Origin: Anaerolineae bacterium | GTDB lineage: Bacteria > Chloroflexota > Anaerolineae > Aggregatilineales > Phototrophicaceae | Reading direction: 5' to 3' | Assembly (NCBI GenBank): GCA_022826865.1 | Contig: JAJDUC010000047.1 | Coordinates: 41,324-105,323 of the forward strand | DNA length: 64,000 nucleotides | In this document: one piece after another, positions 62,473 to 64,000 of the stretch | Numbering within the stretch: the stretch's first letter is position 1 | How the letters are laid out: each line of letters begins with the position of its first letter | Made by a program: the position numbers and the translations under genes | Notes under the pieces: model-generated | Database searches by the model: none | What the model saw: only the letters and a program-made list of their open reading frames with translations | What the model was told of the DNA's origin: nothing

Positions 62473-63317
62473 TCTCCTTCGCTGGCGGCACGGAAGGATT
62501 CTAGCGTTTTCCGAGCGCCGGATGAAATCAAGGTTTCTTCTTCGCTGGCGGCCTGGAACGTTTCCAGCATTTGACGCGCGCCGGATAGAATCAAGCCTTC
62601 GTCGGAGGCAATCGGGATGACGCGCAAGCCTTGCTTCAAGAGGTTCTTCCAACTGAAGGGGCTGCTCTCGTCGGCGTCGGGCGCGCGCCCAGACATCAGC
62701 GGCATGCCGACGACCCGCGCCTTGGCCGCCACATGATCAATGGTCGCGGTCACGCGTGGATCGTCAAAGTCCGGCAGCAAGCCCATGCTCGCGCTCAGGT
62801 CGACCGCGCCGATCATGCAGGCGTCCAGCCCCGGCGCATTTAATATGGCATCGAAGTCCGCGACTGCTTCGACAGTTTCAATCATGATGGCGACAATGGT
62901 CGCGTCATTCGCCTTGGCGAGGTAGGCTTTTTCATCCAGCCCGTAGCGGCTGGGCCGGCGCGGGCCGGTACCGCGGATGCCGACGGGCGGATACTTGCAA
63001 GCGGCCACAGCCAGCCGCGCTTCTTCGGCGCTTTGAATATGCGGCACGATGACGCCGGCGGCGCCCATATCCAGCACGCGCTTGATGCGCAGCGGATCGT
63101 TGCCCGGCACGCGCACGATGGTCGGCGTGTCGCCGAGCGCGATGAGCAGGTTTTGCAGGCTTTGCAGGTCCAGCGCCACATGTTCAGTATCGATGGCGAC
63201 CCAATCCAGGCCGACCTGGCCGAGCATCTCGGCGACCGTGGGGTCGCTGAGGCTCATCCACATGCCCGGGCTCGGCTCGCCGCTTCGCCACTTCGCTTTT
63301 AACTCGATTGCATTCAC
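62469..63317 (-). CDS. HpcH/HpaI-family 2-keto-3-deoxy-acid aldolase with a duplicated C-terminal segment
   Basis: 282 aa. Motifs: ..LDWVAIDTEHVA.. and ..RVPGNDP..IKRVLDMGAAGVIVPH... The C-terminus carries a 21-aa tandem duplication. Confidence 0.8.
   Translation of the reverse strand: MNAIELKAKWRSGEPSPGMWMSLSDPTVAEMLGQVGLDWVAIDTEHVALDLQSLQNLLIALGDTPTIVRVPGNDPLRIKRVLDMGAAGVIVPHIQSAEEARLAVAACKYPPVGIRGTGPRRPSRYGLDEKAYLAKANDATIVAIMIETVEAVADFDAILNAPGLDACMIGAVDLSASMGLLPDFDDPRVTATIDHVAAKARVVGMPLMSGRAPDADESSPFSWKNLLKQGLRVIPIASDEGLILSGARQMLETFQAASEEETLISSGARKTLESFRAASEGE
62478..62603. repeat. 63-nt tandem duplication (2 copies, 49/63 identical) at the 3' end of the aldolase gene
   Basis: Copies at 62478-62540 and 62541-62603, aligned by hand. 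They encode EGLILSGARQMLETFQAASE / EETLISSGARKTLESFRAASE. Confidence 0.85.
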
Positions 63318-63324
63318 CTGGTTT

Positions 63325-64000
63325 TCATTCCCCTAGATTCATGGACAAGATTTCTTCGTCGTTGTACAGCGGCAAGGGACGCAGATGCAGCCCGCCATCG
63401 ACGACGAAGTCGGCGCCGGTGGTGTAGGGGCTGAGCTGGTCCGAAAGCAGCAAGACCGCCGTCGCCGCCAATTCAGGCGTCGCGCCAAAGCGGCGCAGCG
63501 GGATCTCGCGCCGCAGGGCGGCCGCGCTTTCTTCGTCGATGCCGGCGGTCAGCGGCGTCTCAAAATGCCCGGGCGCCAGCAAATTCACGCGGATGCCATG
63601 CGGCGCCATTTCCAGCGCCAGCGCATTCTTGAAGACGCGCAGGCCCGTTTTGGAGATATGATAAGCCGCTTCGCCATAGGCTTGGTTGAATTGCGCGGTC
63701 GAGCCGATGATCAGGATGCTGCCGCCGCCGCGGCGCGTCATGTGGCGGCAGACCTCGCGGCAAGCCCAGACGCAAGCGGACAGATTGGTATCGATGGTCG
63801 CTCGCCAGGCGTCGCCGCTGATCCGCGTGATGGGCTGATGTCGGGCGATGGCGGCGTTGTTCACGTAGAGATGGATGGCGCCCATGCCTTCAATCGCCGC
63901 CTCGACCATGCTGGCCGCATCGGCTTCTCGGCTGACATCAGCGGGAATGTGCAGCGCGCGTACGCCGAGCGACTTGATTTCGCTTAAGGCATCGTCTTCG
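63325..64000 (-). CDS. SDR oxidoreductase (5' end beyond the window)
   Basis: The reading frame stays open to the window edge (..EDDALSEIKSLGVRALHIPADVS..MVEAAIEGMG..). It has the motifs NNAAI and YHISK. Confidence 0.8.
   Translation of the reverse strand, partial: EDDALSEIKSLGVRALHIPADVSREADAASMVEAAIEGMGAIHLYVNNAAIARHQPITRISGDAWRATIDTNLSACVWACREVCRHMTRRGGGSILIIGSTAQFNQAYGEAAYHISKTGLRVFKNALALEMAPHGIRVNLLAPGHFETPLTAGIDEESAAALRREIPLRRFGATPELAATAVLLLSDQLSPYTTGADFVVDGGLHLRPLPLYNDEEILSMNLGE

Noticed and set aside
1-64000. Search for CRISPR arrays, tRNA/rRNA genes, transposases and integrases
   Set aside because: I saw no regularly spaced direct repeats, no cloverleaf-compatible segments in the intergenic gaps I examined, and no DDE, tyrosine or serine recombinase motifs in any ORF. 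The scan was manual, so short or degenerate elements could be missed.

Overview
This is a GC-rich bacterial window with no rRNA, tRNA, CRISPR array, transposase or integrase that I could see. I cannot place it taxonomically from the sequence alone. Coding density is high and about 55 genes are supportable. In window order: (1) 1-5.3 kb holds an EamA permease, a TIM-barrel isomerase, recJ and an enolase-superfamily dehydratase. (2) 5.6-15.9 kb is an accessory block: a three-gene helicase/helicase-like/Fe-S nuclease operon diverging from a plasmid-type wHTH-parA-parB cassette, a convergent helicase-less Prim-Pol gene, two parS-like palindromes, and AT-rich non-coding flanks. (3) 15.9-23.5 kb holds three SDRs, an acetoacetate-decarboxylase-like gene, a UPF0104 membrane protein, a sulfotransferase, PPK2, an AlkD-like protein and rpmB. 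(4) 23.6-32.1 kb looks like a defence island: an AT-richer two-gene cassette of unknown function with an RNxxxH (HEPN-like) motif, an SPL-like radical-SAM-fold protein with atypical Cys spacing, and a type I R-M operon hsdM-MNT-hsdS-hsdR. (5) An ECF sigma factor is fused to ankyrin repeats. (6) 34-64 kb is a glycan-utilisation region. It has a CUT1-type sugar ABC system with GH116 and CE4. It has an Opp/Dpp-type ABC system with an embedded GH2, a second GH2 paralogue flanked by AT-rich DNA and small coiled-coil membrane proteins, and a GH29 fucosidase heading a sugar-acid-like catabolic operon. The best candidates for something undescribed are the split AddAB-like triad, its link to the Prim-Pol/ParAB module, and the HEPN-like two-gene cassette. 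All functional calls come from motif recognition in the translated ORFs, not from database searches.
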